From positions 96,001-160,000 of the forward strand of contig OY970178.1 in the NCBI GenBank assembly GCA_963707915.1: a DNA stretch of 64,000 bases. The letters are read 5' to 3'. Positions 29,320-38,322 of the stretch are shown piece by piece (the first letter of the stretch is position 1; each line of letters begins with the position of its first letter). The position numbers and the translations under genes are program-made. Origin of the DNA: Candidatus Eiseniibacteriota bacterium. Its GTDB lineage: Bacteria > Eisenbacteria > RBG-16-71-46. The notes under the pieces are model-generated. The model searched no databases. It was given only the letters and a program-made list of their open reading frames with translations, and had not been told where the DNA came from.

Positions 29320-31517
29320 ATGCAGGCCGTGTCCCGCAGGCGGTTCCTCCAGGTCTCGGCCGGCGCCGCGAGTCTCGCCGCCGCCGGCGGAGCCGTGATC
29401 CATGCCGCCCCGGCCCGCGAGCCGGGCGCTCGCGGCGCGGACCGGGTGCGCAGGGTCCCCACCTTCTGCGACGTCTGCTTCTGGAAGTGCGGCGCGATCG
29501 CCACCGTGAAGAACGATCGCCTGTGGAAGATCGAGGGCAATCCCGAGGACCCCCTGTCGCGCGGCCGCCTCTGCCCGCGCGGCACCGGGGGCGTGGGCGC
29601 GCACTTCGACACCCAGCGCCTGACGGCGCCGCTGATGCGCAAGCAGGTGCGCGGCGCCGAGCAGTGGGTCGCGGTGACCTGGGACGAGGCCCTCACGTAC
29701 GTCGCGGTGAGGATGAAGGAGATCGCGTCCCGGTACGGTCCGGAGGCGCTCGCGCTCTTCAGCCACGGCATCGGCGGCAACTTCCTCAAGCACACGCTCA
29801 AGGCGTACGGCACGCCCAACATCGCCGCGCCCTCGTACGCCCAGTGCCGCGGCCCGCGGGACGCCGGCTTCACGCTCACCTTCGGCGAGCCGGTGGGCTC
29901 GCCCGAGCGCACCGACATCCGCAACGCCCGCTGCCTGACGCTGATCGGCTCGCACCTGGGCGAGAACATGCACAACACCCAGGCGCAGGAGTTCGCCGAG
30001 GCGGTGGGCGCCGGGGCGTCGGTCATCGTCGTGGACCCGCGCCTGTCGGTGGCGGCCAGCAAGGCGAAGTACTACCTGCCGATCAAGCCCGGCACGGACA
30101 CCGCGCTGCTGCTGGCCTGGATGAACGTGCTCCTCGCCGAGAACCTCCATGACCGCGAGTACGTGGCCGCCCACGGCTTCGGCTTCGAGGCTTTCGCCGC
30201 GGAGATGGCGCCCTGGACGCCGGAGTGGGCGTACCCGATCACCGGGATCGCGCCCGAGCGGATCCGCGAGACCGCGCGCGAGATGGCGCGTCACCGGCCC
30301 GCGAGCCTGGTGCACCCCGGCCGGCACGCCAGCTGGTACGGGAACGACGCCCAGCGCAGCCGTGCGATCGCGTTGCTCAACGCGCTGCTCGGAACCTGGG
30401 GACGCAAGGGGGGCTTCTACCAGCCCGCGAGCATGAGCGTGCCGGGCTACCCCTACCCGCCATACCCGGTGTCGGAACGGGGGCGGGCCGACAACCCGGG
30501 CAGACGGCTACCCGTTCGCGGAGGAGACCCTCACGACCGGATTGCGCGACGCCACGCTGACCGGCGTGCCCTACCCGGTCAAGGGCTGGATGGTGTACGC
30601 CACCAACCTGCTGCAGGCGCTGCCCGACCAGGCGGAGACGATCCGCGCCATCCGGGCGCTCGACCTGCTGGTCGTGCTCGACGTGATCCCCAGCGAAATC
30701 GCGGGCTGGGCGGACGTGGTCCTGCCCGAGGCGGTGTACCTCGAGCGCTACGACGACCTGAACGTGGAGACCTTCCGCGAGCCCTTCATCGCCCTGCGCC
30801 AGCCGGTGGTGGAGCGCGCCGGCCGACCAGAAGCCCAACTGGTGGATCGCGCGCGAACTGGCCATCAAGCTCGGGCTGCAGGCCTACTACCCATGGAAGC
30901 ACGTCGAAGAGTACCTCGACACCCGGCTCCAGGGCGCGGGCCTGAGCCTCGCCGAGCTCCAGGTGCGGGGCATCGTGCGTGGCGCGCCGCCGCCGGTGTT
31001 CTACGAAGACGGCGTCGAGCCCGTGTTCCCGACGCCGTCCGGGAAGATCGAGTTCTACTCGACCCAGCTGCGGGACGCCGGCTTCGACCCGGTGCCGCGC
31101 TTCCAGCCGACCCCCGAGCCGCCCGCCGGCGCGTTCCGCCTGCTCTTCGGCCGCGCGCCGATGCACTCGTTCGGCCGCACCCAGACCAACCCGCTGCTGG
31201 GGGAGCTGATGAGCGAGAACGAGGTCTGGCTGAACGCCGCGGTGGCGCGGCGCCTGGGGCTCGAGAGCGGCGCGTGGGTGCGCCTGCGCAACCAGGACGG
31301 CGGGCTCAGCAACCGCGTGCGGGTCCGCCCGACCGAGCGCATCCGCGGCGACTGCGTCTACATCGTCCACGGTTTCGGCCAGACCGCGCGTGGCCTCGCG
31401 CCGCGCTACCGGAAGGGCGCCAGCGACGCGGGGCTCGTCACGCGCTACGAGCGCGACCCGCTCATGGGCGGCACCGGCATGAACGTCAATTTCGTCACCC
31501 TCGAGCCGGAGGCCTAG
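29320..31517 (+). CDS. psrA: Polysulfide/thiosulfate reductase catalytic Mo-bisPGD subunit; frameshifts near 30505 and 30815
   Basis: Tat signal SRRRFLQ, CDVCFWKC...LCPRG Fe-S motif, Mo-ligand region PSYAQCRGPR, ADVVLPE, TPSGKIEF. Pieces lie in three frames. Confidence 0.88.
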
Positions 31518-32057
31518 GTGGCACGCTACGGCATGGCCATCGACACGGTCCGCTGCGTGGGGTGCATGGACTGCGTGGTCGCGTGCAAGACCGAGAACGA
31601 GGTGCCCGAGGGGCTGTGCCGCGACTGGATCGTGACCGAGGCCACGGGCGAGTTCCCCGACACCGGCCTCGAGATCCGCAGCGAGCGCTGCAACCACTGC
31701 GACCGTCCGCCCTGCGTCGCCTGCTGCCCGACCGGGGCCAGCCACGTCGAGGAGTTCGGCCGGCTGGTGCAGATCACGAAGGAGCTGTGCATCGGCTGCA
31801 AGGCCTGCCTGGCGGCGTGCCCGTATGACGCGCGGTACGTCCACCGCGAGGGCTACGCCGACAAGTGCACGTTCTGCGTGCACCGCGTGAAGGACGGCCT
31901 GCCGCCAGCGTGCGTCGCGGTCTGCCCGACCCGCTGCATGCACTTCGGCGACCTCGACGACCCGCACAGCGAGGTGAGCCGGCTGCTCGCCGCCCGACGC
32001 CACCACGCGCTGCAGCCCGAGGCCGGGACCGGCCCGCGCATCTTCTTCCTGACGTGA
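31518..32057 (+). CDS. psrB: Four-cluster [4Fe-4S] subunit
   Basis: CVGCMDC, CNHCDRPPCVACCP, CIGCKACLAACP, KCTFC, CVAVCP. Confidence 0.92.
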   Translation: MARYGMAIDTVRCVGCMDCVVACKTENEVPEGLCRDWIVTEATGEFPDTGLEIRSERCNHCDRPPCVACCPTGASHVEEFGRLVQITKELCIGCKACLAACPYDARYVHREGYADKCTFCVHRVKDGLPPACVAVCPTRCMHFGDLDDPHSEVSRLLAARRHHALQPEAGTGPRIFFLT

Positions 32058-32065
32058 GCGCCGCC

Positions 32066-33004
32066 ATGATCGAGTTCACCAGCACGCGCGCCAATCCCCT
32101 GGTGGACCCGTTCCTCCACGTCTGGGGCTGGGAGATCCCGCTCTACCTGTTCCTGGGCGGGCTCGTCGCCGGGATGATGGCGATCGCCGGCTGGTTCCTG
32201 CTCGCGGGCCGCCACCGCCGGGCGGAATCGGTGATGTCCCTGCTGCCGGGCCTCGGCCTCGTGCTGCTGAGCCTCGGCATGGGAGCGCTGTTCCTCGACC
32301 TCGAGCACAAGCCCTTCGTCTGGCGCCTCTACACCAGCTTCCAGCCCACCTCGCCGATGTCGTGGGGCGCCTGGATCCTGTTGGCCGTGTACCCGGCGCT
32401 GTTCGGGGCGTGGCTGCTGAGCCTGCCGGGATCCCTGCGCCGGCGCTTCCCGGCGATCGCGGGCCGCTCGGACGCGCTGCGCGCGCGGCCCGGGGCGGTG
32501 CGCGGGATTGCCGTCGCCAACCTGGTCCTCGGCGGGCTGCTCGGCGTCTACACCGGCATCCTGCTGAGCGCGCTGGGCGCGCGGCCGCTGTGGAACAGCG
32601 CGGTGCTCGGGCCGCTGTTCCTGGCCTCGGGGCTCTCGAGCGCCGCCGCGCTGGCCCACCTGGTGGCGCGCGAGCGTTCCGAGAGCGAGTGGCTGGCGCG
32701 CGCCGACTACCGCTTCCTGCAGGCCGAGAGCGTGCTGCTCGCGTTGTTCTTCATCGGCCTGCTGACCGCCACGCAGGTCCACATCCGCGCCGCCGGGCTG
32801 CTGCTCGGCGGGCCGTTCACCGCGGTGTTCTGGGTCGGCGTCGCAGGGCTCGGCATCGGGCTGCCGCTCCTGCTCCAGTCGCTCGCGGCCGGCCATCGCA
32901 TCCGCCACACGCCGGTCGCGCCGCTGCTGGTGCTGGCCGGCGGTCTCCTGCTGCGTTTCGTGATCGTGTCCGCGGGGCAGCTGAGCCGCTGGGGCCCCGT
33001 GTGA
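32066..33004 (+). CDS. psrC: NrfD/PsrC-family membrane anchor
   Basis: WGWEIPLYLFLGG, DLEH, TSPMSWG, YTGILL, RPLW. Confidence 0.9.
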   Translation: MIEFTSTRANPLVDPFLHVWGWEIPLYLFLGGLVAGMMAIAGWFLLAGRHRRAESVMSLLPGLGLVLLSLGMGALFLDLEHKPFVWRLYTSFQPTSPMSWGAWILLAVYPALFGAWLLSLPGSLRRRFPAIAGRSDALRARPGAVRGIAVANLVLGGLLGVYTGILLSALGARPLWNSAVLGPLFLASGLSSAAALAHLVARERSESEWLARADYRFLQAESVLLALFFIGLLTATQVHIRAAGLLLGGPFTAVFWVGVAGLGIGLPLLLQSLAAGHRIRHTPVAPLLVLAGGLLLRFVIVSAGQLSRWGPV

Positions 33005-33024
33005 TTCCTCCGGAGGGAACGTCC

Positions 33025-33597
33025 ATGAGCACCGTCCCGGATGACGCCGCCGTCGCGCGGCCGCAGCCCCGCCCGCTCGCGCCCGGCGCGGCGCCCTACA
33101 TGAATCCCTACCTCGGCGGCGTCGGGCTCGGGCTCGTGCTGCTGGCCGCCTACGTGCTCATGGGGCGCGGGCTCGGCGCCTCCGGCGCGGTGACCTCGCT
33201 GGTCGCGTGGGCCGTGGGCCTGGTGGCGCCCGCGCACGCCAGCGCCAACGGGTTCTTCGCGGAGTACCTGGAGGGCGGCCTCGGCCACCCGCTCAAGACC
33301 TGGCTGGTGTTCGAGGTGCTCGGCGTGCTGGCCGGCGGCTTCGTCTCCGGCGCGCTCGCTCACCGCCTCTCGCGCACGGTCGAGAAGGGGCCGCGCATCT
33401 CGGTGGCCGGCCGCCTCGGCTTCGCCTTCGGGGGCGGTGCGCTGATGGGCATCGGCGCCAAGCTCGCCCGCGGCTGCACCAGTGGCCAGGCCCTGAGCGG
33501 CGGCGCGGTGCTCAACGCCGGCTCGTGGGCGTTCATGATCATGGTGTTCGCCGGCGCCTACGCGCTCGCGGGGCTGATGCGGAGGCAATGGCGATGA
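33025..33597 (+). CDS. YeeE/YedE sulfur-compound transporter half
   Basis: Hydrophobic; NPYLGG, GLGASG, ARGCTSG. Confidence 0.85.
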   Translation: MSTVPDDAAVARPQPRPLAPGAAPYMNPYLGGVGLGLVLLAAYVLMGRGLGASGAVTSLVAWAVGLVAPAHASANGFFAEYLEGGLGHPLKTWLVFEVLGVLAGGFVSGALAHRLSRTVEKGPRISVAGRLGFAFGGGALMGIGAKLARGCTSGQALSGGAVLNAGSWAFMIMVFAGAYALAGLMRRQWR

Positions 33598-34193
33598 GCG
33601 CGCCCTTCTACAAGTTCGCCGCGTTCGGCGACGAGGCCTCGCTGGTGATCGCCTTCGTCGTCGGCACCGGGTTCGGCTTCTTCCTCGAGCGCAGCGGCTT
33701 CGGCAGCGCGCGCAAGCTGACGGCGCAGTTCTACCTCGACGACCTCGCGGTCTTCAAGGTCATGTTCACCGCCATCGTCACGGCCATGCTGGGACTGTTC
33801 TACCTGTCGTGGCTGGGGATCGTGGACCTGGCGCTGGTGGACCTGGTGACCACCAACCTCTGGCCGCAGGTGGTCGGGGGGCTCGTGCTCGGCTTCGGCT
33901 TCGTGATCGGCGGCTACTGCCCGGGCACCTCGCTGGTGGCCGCGGTGACCGGCCGCATCGACGGCGTGGTCTTCATCCTCGGCGTGCTCGCCGGCATCTT
34001 CGCCTTCGGCGAGGCGTTTCCGCTGGTCCAGGGCTTCTACCAGTCGGGCGACCTCGGCCGGCTCACCCTGCCGCAGGCGTTCCACCTGCCCTACGGGCTG
34101 GTCGTGTTCCTGGTGGTGGTGATGGCGGTGGGCGGCTTCGTGGGCGCCGAGTGGGTGGAGCGGCGCTTCGCCCCGCGCGCGGCGGAGGAGTGA
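33594..34193 (+). CDS. YeeE/YedE sulfur-compound transporter half
   Basis: GFGFFLERSGF, FKVMF, GGYCPGT. Confidence 0.85.
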   Translation: MSAPFYKFAAFGDEASLVIAFVVGTGFGFFLERSGFGSARKLTAQFYLDDLAVFKVMFTAIVTAMLGLFYLSWLGIVDLALVDLVTTNLWPQVVGGLVLGFGFVIGGYCPGTSLVAAVTGRIDGVVFILGVLAGIFAFGEAFPLVQGFYQSGDLGRLTLPQAFHLPYGLVVFLVVVMAVGGFVGAEWVERRFAPRAAEE

Positions 34194-34195
34194 CC

Positions 34196-34876
34196 ATGGC
34201 GCGCATCCGCTGGACCCGGAACCGCGTGCTGGCCGCGGCCGCGCTGCTGCTGGGGGTGGTAGCGATCGCCGGCGATCCGTACCGCGGCGGCACCGTGCGC
34301 ATCGACACGCAGGAGCTGGCGACCATCGTGGGCAGCCAGGTGGACCACGTCACGGTCCAGGAGCTGGCCGACTGGATCATCCAGGGCCGTACCGACTACC
34401 GCCTGCTCGACCTGCGGTCCGAGCCGGAGTACGCCGCCTACCACATCCCGACCGCGGAGAACGTCCCGGTCGCGCAGCTGCCGGGCCACGGTCTCGGGCG
34501 CAACGAGAAGATCGTCCTCTATTCGGAGGGCGGCATCCACTCGGCGCAGGCCTGGTTCCTGCTTCGGGCGCAGAAGTACCCCGCCGCCTACATCCTGTTC
34601 GGCGGCCTCGAGGCCTGGAAGGACGAGGTGCTCTACCCGGTCGCGCCGGCCGCCGCATCGCCGCAGGAGACCGCCGCGTTCGAGCGCGCAGCCCAGGTCG
34701 CACGCTTCTTCGGTGGCGGCCCGCGCGCCGCCTCCCGGTCGGCCGACTCCGGCGCCGTGATGGCCATGCCGGCAGCGCCACCCGTGGCCGGCGCCGGGAT
34801 CGAGCCGCCCCTGCGGCCGGCTCCGGGCGGGCCCCAGGGGCCGGCCGCGAAGAAGAAGCGCAAGGAGGGCTGCTAG
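34196..34876 (+). CDS. Membrane-anchored or exported rhodanese-domain protein (active-site Cys replaced by Ser)
   Basis: N-terminal TM, LDLR, YHIPTA, IVLYSEGG, GGLEAW, tail KKKRKEGC. Confidence 0.8.
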   Translation: MARIRWTRNRVLAAAALLLGVVAIAGDPYRGGTVRIDTQELATIVGSQVDHVTVQELADWIIQGRTDYRLLDLRSEPEYAAYHIPTAENVPVAQLPGHGLGRNEKIVLYSEGGIHSAQAWFLLRAQKYPAAYILFGGLEAWKDEVLYPVAPAAASPQETAAFERAAQVARFFGGGPRAASRSADSGAVMAMPAAPPVAGAGIEPPLRPAPGGPQGPAAKKKRKEGC

Positions 34877-35054
34877 GGGAGCGGGGCCCTCGCCCCCGGG
34901 GGCAGACCGCCCAAGGCGTCCCGTCGGACGCCCGCGGGCGGCCCTGCCAAGGTCGCGGGCGTGTGTCCCCGGGGCGCGACCGCCGGGCCCGGTCCCGCCA
35001 GCCCGCCGTGTTTCCCATTTGCCCGCAGTCGCTTAGGGCGTCGACGCTTTAGTG

Positions 35055-35083
35055 TTGACACGGACGGGACAGCTTCCTACGTT
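35055..35083 (+). promoter_or_regulatory. Sigma70-type promoter of the TBDR operon
   Basis: TTGACA, 17 nt, TACGTT. Confidence 0.6.
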
Positions 35084-35300
35084 CGTATTGCGTTCTCATC
35101 CGGTTCTTCCTCTGAATCGAATCGCGCCACGGGATTGGCGATGACGTTCTGGCGTCTGCGTCCATGATGGGCGAGGGGAGGACTTCGCGCTTGAATGCCC
35201 CCCTCCTCGGTTTCGATCCCCCTGGCGCATCGAGTGTGACCGCGTTCCTGCCCCAGGCCGGAGCGCAGTAGTTCGTCCGCTTCCGAAAGGAGAAGCAACT

Positions 35301-38294
35301 ATGTCCCGCAATGCCTTCCGAGCCATCGGTCTCGCAGCATTGGCCGTGGCCGTAGTCCTGGCGGTCCCGCCTGCCTGGTCGGGAACGACGGGGAAGCTGG
35401 TCGGACGCGTCCTCGACGAGAAGAAGCAGCCCCTGGCCGGCGTGAACATCCGCCTCGAGGGGCTCCGTCTCGGCGCCGCGTCGGACGAGTCGGGCAACTA
35501 CTTCATCATCGGTATCCCCGCCGGCACCTACGTCGTGCGGGCCAACCTCCTGGGCCAGGCCCCTTACGTGGCCGAGAACGTCCAGGTCGCGCCCGACTAC
35601 ACGACGACCCTGAACATCACGATGCGCACCGAGGCGGTCCAGTTGTCCGAGGTGAGGGTGGAGGCGGAGCGTCCGCTGCTGCAGAAGGACGCGACGGGCA
35701 CCACGCGCTTCATCTCGTCCGCCGACATCCAGAAGCTGCCGACCCGCGGCTACCGTGACGCGGCCGCCCAGCAGACGGGCGTCGTGAACTTCAAGCTCAA
35801 CATCGACAACGAAGCGCAGAACAGCCCGACCTTGATCGTCCGCGGCGGGCGGCCCAACGAGACGGCCTACTACGTGGACGGCTTCTCCCAGCAGGACCCG
35901 CTGACCGGCACGTCGAACACGGCCATCAGCAACAACGCCATCGAAGAGGTGGTCGTGCTCACGGGCGGGTTCGCCCCCGAGTACGGGCGGGTCATGTCGG
36001 GCGCGGTCAACGTGATCACGCGCGAAGGGACCAAGAAGTACACCGGTTCCCTGGAGAGCGTGACGGACGTCCTGTCGGGCCGCTGGGTCGGGGCGCCCAA
36101 GACCGACTACAACATCTACGACCTCTCCTTCGGGGGGCCCGTGATCCCCGGGTCGGAGAACCTGAGCTTCTACCTCTCGGGCGAACGGCGCTGGCAGGGG
36201 GACCGCGGCCCGACGTTCATGCCGAGCGTGTTCAAGAACGATCTCCAGTCGCGCGGACTCGGGACCGACCGGCTCCCGAGCAACAGCGCATCCGGTTACA
36301 CGTTCCAGGGCAAGCTGAGCTGGCAACCGACGGACAAGCTCACGTTCAAGGTCGGCGGCCTGGGGTCCCAGGAGGACTGGCGCCAGTTCCTGGACACCTA
36401 CCTGTTCGACCTGACGCATGCCCCGCGCTACCTGGACCGGAGCCAGTCGTACTTCGCCACGGCCAACCACGTCCTGGACAAGCGGACGTTCTACAACCTT
36501 TCGGTCAACTACAACCTGACCGAGCGCAAGCGCGGTGACGGCGTCGCCTTCGACAACCTGAGCCCGCAGTACCGCGTGATCGGGCGGGACAGCGTGGGGG
36601 TGGACGCCGGCGGGAACACCCGCTATGGCGACGTGCTCGCGGCGGACGGCAACGAGCTGGTGACGCCCGGCGGGTACTACCGCACGACGAACCCGCGGTT
36701 CGACCTGACCACTCCGCTGTTCTGGTCGGACGGACACGTCTGGGACGACTACCTGCAGCGCCGCTCGGAGTACGTGGGCTTCGCGGGGGCCATCACCTCG
36801 CAGGTGGGGGCGCACCACCAGGTCAAGGGGGGCGGCGACTTCCAGTACCACACGCTGCGGCTCTACAACCACTACTTCCCCGTCCAGCTGGGCGGCGACA
36901 AGCCGAATCTCGTGGACTGGGACGGGTACGGTTACGACCAGGTCGTCACCTACAAGGACGTCGTGGTGCGGGACGTGTCCGGCGCCGGCGCGCCCGACCG
37001 CGTGGTCCGGGTCGTCGACAAGGTCGAGCTCGTGAAGAACGGGTCGGGCGGCCTGGACGGTCCCAAGCACCCGAAGGTCTGGTCGCTCTACCTGCAGGAC
37101 AAGTTCGAGCGCGAAGGCGTGGTCATCAACGGCGGACTGCGCTACGACTACCTGAACGTGGACACGCCGGCCCTGCGCAGCGACCTGCGCCCGCTCGACC
37201 CGGACAGCACCGGAAGCTCGACGCTCACGTCCGGCGACCTGACCAAGAACAAGAACTACTCGCGCATCTCGCCCCGCCTGGGCGTGGCGTTCCCGGTGAC
37301 GGCGCAGACCGTGCTGCGGTTCAACTACGGGCAGTTCTACCAGCAGCCCAACCTGCAGGATCTCTACGTCTCGTACCGCTTCCTCGAGCACAAGGTCCGG
37401 GACGGCGGCTACTTCGTGGGGTTCGGCAATCCGAACCTGCGGCCCGAGCGCACCACGGCCTATGAGGTCGGAGTGGCGCACCAGATGAGCGACAACGTCC
37501 GGCTGGACGTGACCGCCTACTACAAGGACGTCAAGGACCTGGTCGAGATCGCGACCATCCCGTCGTTCCCGAACCAGTTCTCCTCGTACCGCAACCGCGA
37601 CTTCGCCACGATCAAGGGCGTGGACGTCGGGTTCAAGATGCGGCCGGTCAACCACATCTCGACCGACATCAGCTACTCGCTCTCCTTCGCGCAGGGCACG
37701 GGTTCGGTCTCGAACTCGCAGGGCAACATCGCCTGGACCGCGTCCCAGCCGCCCACGATGACGTCGCCCCTCGACTTCGACCAGCGTCACAAGCTGGCCG
37801 TGAGCCTCGACTACGGACTCGGCAAGGGCGAAGGCCCCCTGGTCCGCGGGGTGCGGGTGTTCGAGAACGTCGGGATCAACGTGCTCTACAACGTGGCGAG
37901 CGGCACGCCCTACACGCCGACCAAGGTGTTCAACGAGGTCACCCTGGCGGCGGTGAGCACCGAGCCCGCCGGCCCGATCAACTCGCGCTACGGACCCTGG
38001 ACCAGCAGCCTGGATCTCAAGGCGACCCGTGACTTCGGCGCCGTGGGGCTCAAGTTCCAGGCCTACGTCTGGGTCCTCAACCTGCTGGGCACGCGCAACC
38101 CCGTCCAGGTCTACGGATCGTCGGGTTCGCCGTTCTCGACCAACTGGCTCGCGACCGACGACGGGCAGACCTACCTGAGGAACGCCAGCGCCGACGGTCA
38201 GAACGGGCAGACGCTCTACGACCTCGCCCAGAACAACCCGAATTTCTACACGAATCCGCGTCTGGTCCGGTTCGGTTTCCGGACCAGCTTCTAG
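35301..38294 (+). CDS. TonB-dependent receptor with an N-terminal carboxypeptidase-regulatory-like domain
   Basis: Signal peptide, TGKLVGRV...GTYVV, plug motif VRGGR...GGFAPEYG...SGAVNVIT, NPNLRPERT, C-terminal PRLVRFGFRTSF. Confidence 0.92.
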   Translation: MSRNAFRAIGLAALAVAVVLAVPPAWSGTTGKLVGRVLDEKKQPLAGVNIRLEGLRLGAASDESGNYFIIGIPAGTYVVRANLLGQAPYVAENVQVAPDYTTTLNITMRTEAVQLSEVRVEAERPLLQKDATGTTRFISSADIQKLPTRGYRDAAAQQTGVVNFKLNIDNEAQNSPTLIVRGGRPNETAYYVDGFSQQDPLTGTSNTAISNNAIEEVVVLTGGFAPEYGRVMSGAVNVITREGTKKYTGSLESVTDVLSGRWVGAPKTDYNIYDLSFGGPVIPGSENLSFYLSGERRWQGDRGPTFMPSVFKNDLQSRGLGTDRLPSNSASGYTFQGKLSWQPTDKLTFKVGGLGSQEDWRQFLDTYLFDLTHAPRYLDRSQSYFATANHVLDKRTFYNLSVNYNLTERKRGDGVAFDNLSPQYRVIGRDSVGVDAGGNTRYGDVLAADGNELVTPGGYYRTTNPRFDLTTPLFWSDGHVWDDYLQRRSEYVGFAGAITSQVGAHHQVKGGGDFQYHTLRLYNHYFPVQLGGDKPNLVDWDGYGYDQVVTYKDVVVRDVSGAGAPDRVVRVVDKVELVKNGSGGLDGPKHPKVWSLYLQDKFEREGVVINGGLRYDYLNVDTPALRSDLRPLDPDSTGSSTLTSGDLTKNKNYSRISPRLGVAFPVTAQTVLRFNYGQFYQQPNLQDLYVSYRFLEHKVRDGGYFVGFGNPNLRPERTTAYEVGVAHQMSDNVRLDVTAYYKDVKDLVEIATIPSFPNQFSSYRNRDFATIKGVDVGFKMRPVNHISTDISYSLSFAQGTGSVSNSQGNIAWTASQPPTMTSPLDFDQRHKLAVSLDYGLGKGEGPLVRGVRVFENVGINVLYNVASGTPYTPTKVFNEVTLAAVSTEPAGPINSRYGPWTSSLDLKATRDFGAVGLKFQAYVWVLNLLGTRNPVQVYGSSGSPFSTNWLATDDGQTYLRNASADGQNGQTLYDLAQNNPNFYTNPRLVRFGFRTSF

Positions 38295-38322
38295 CGCGAA
38301 ACTCCAGGCAGACAGGAGGCCA

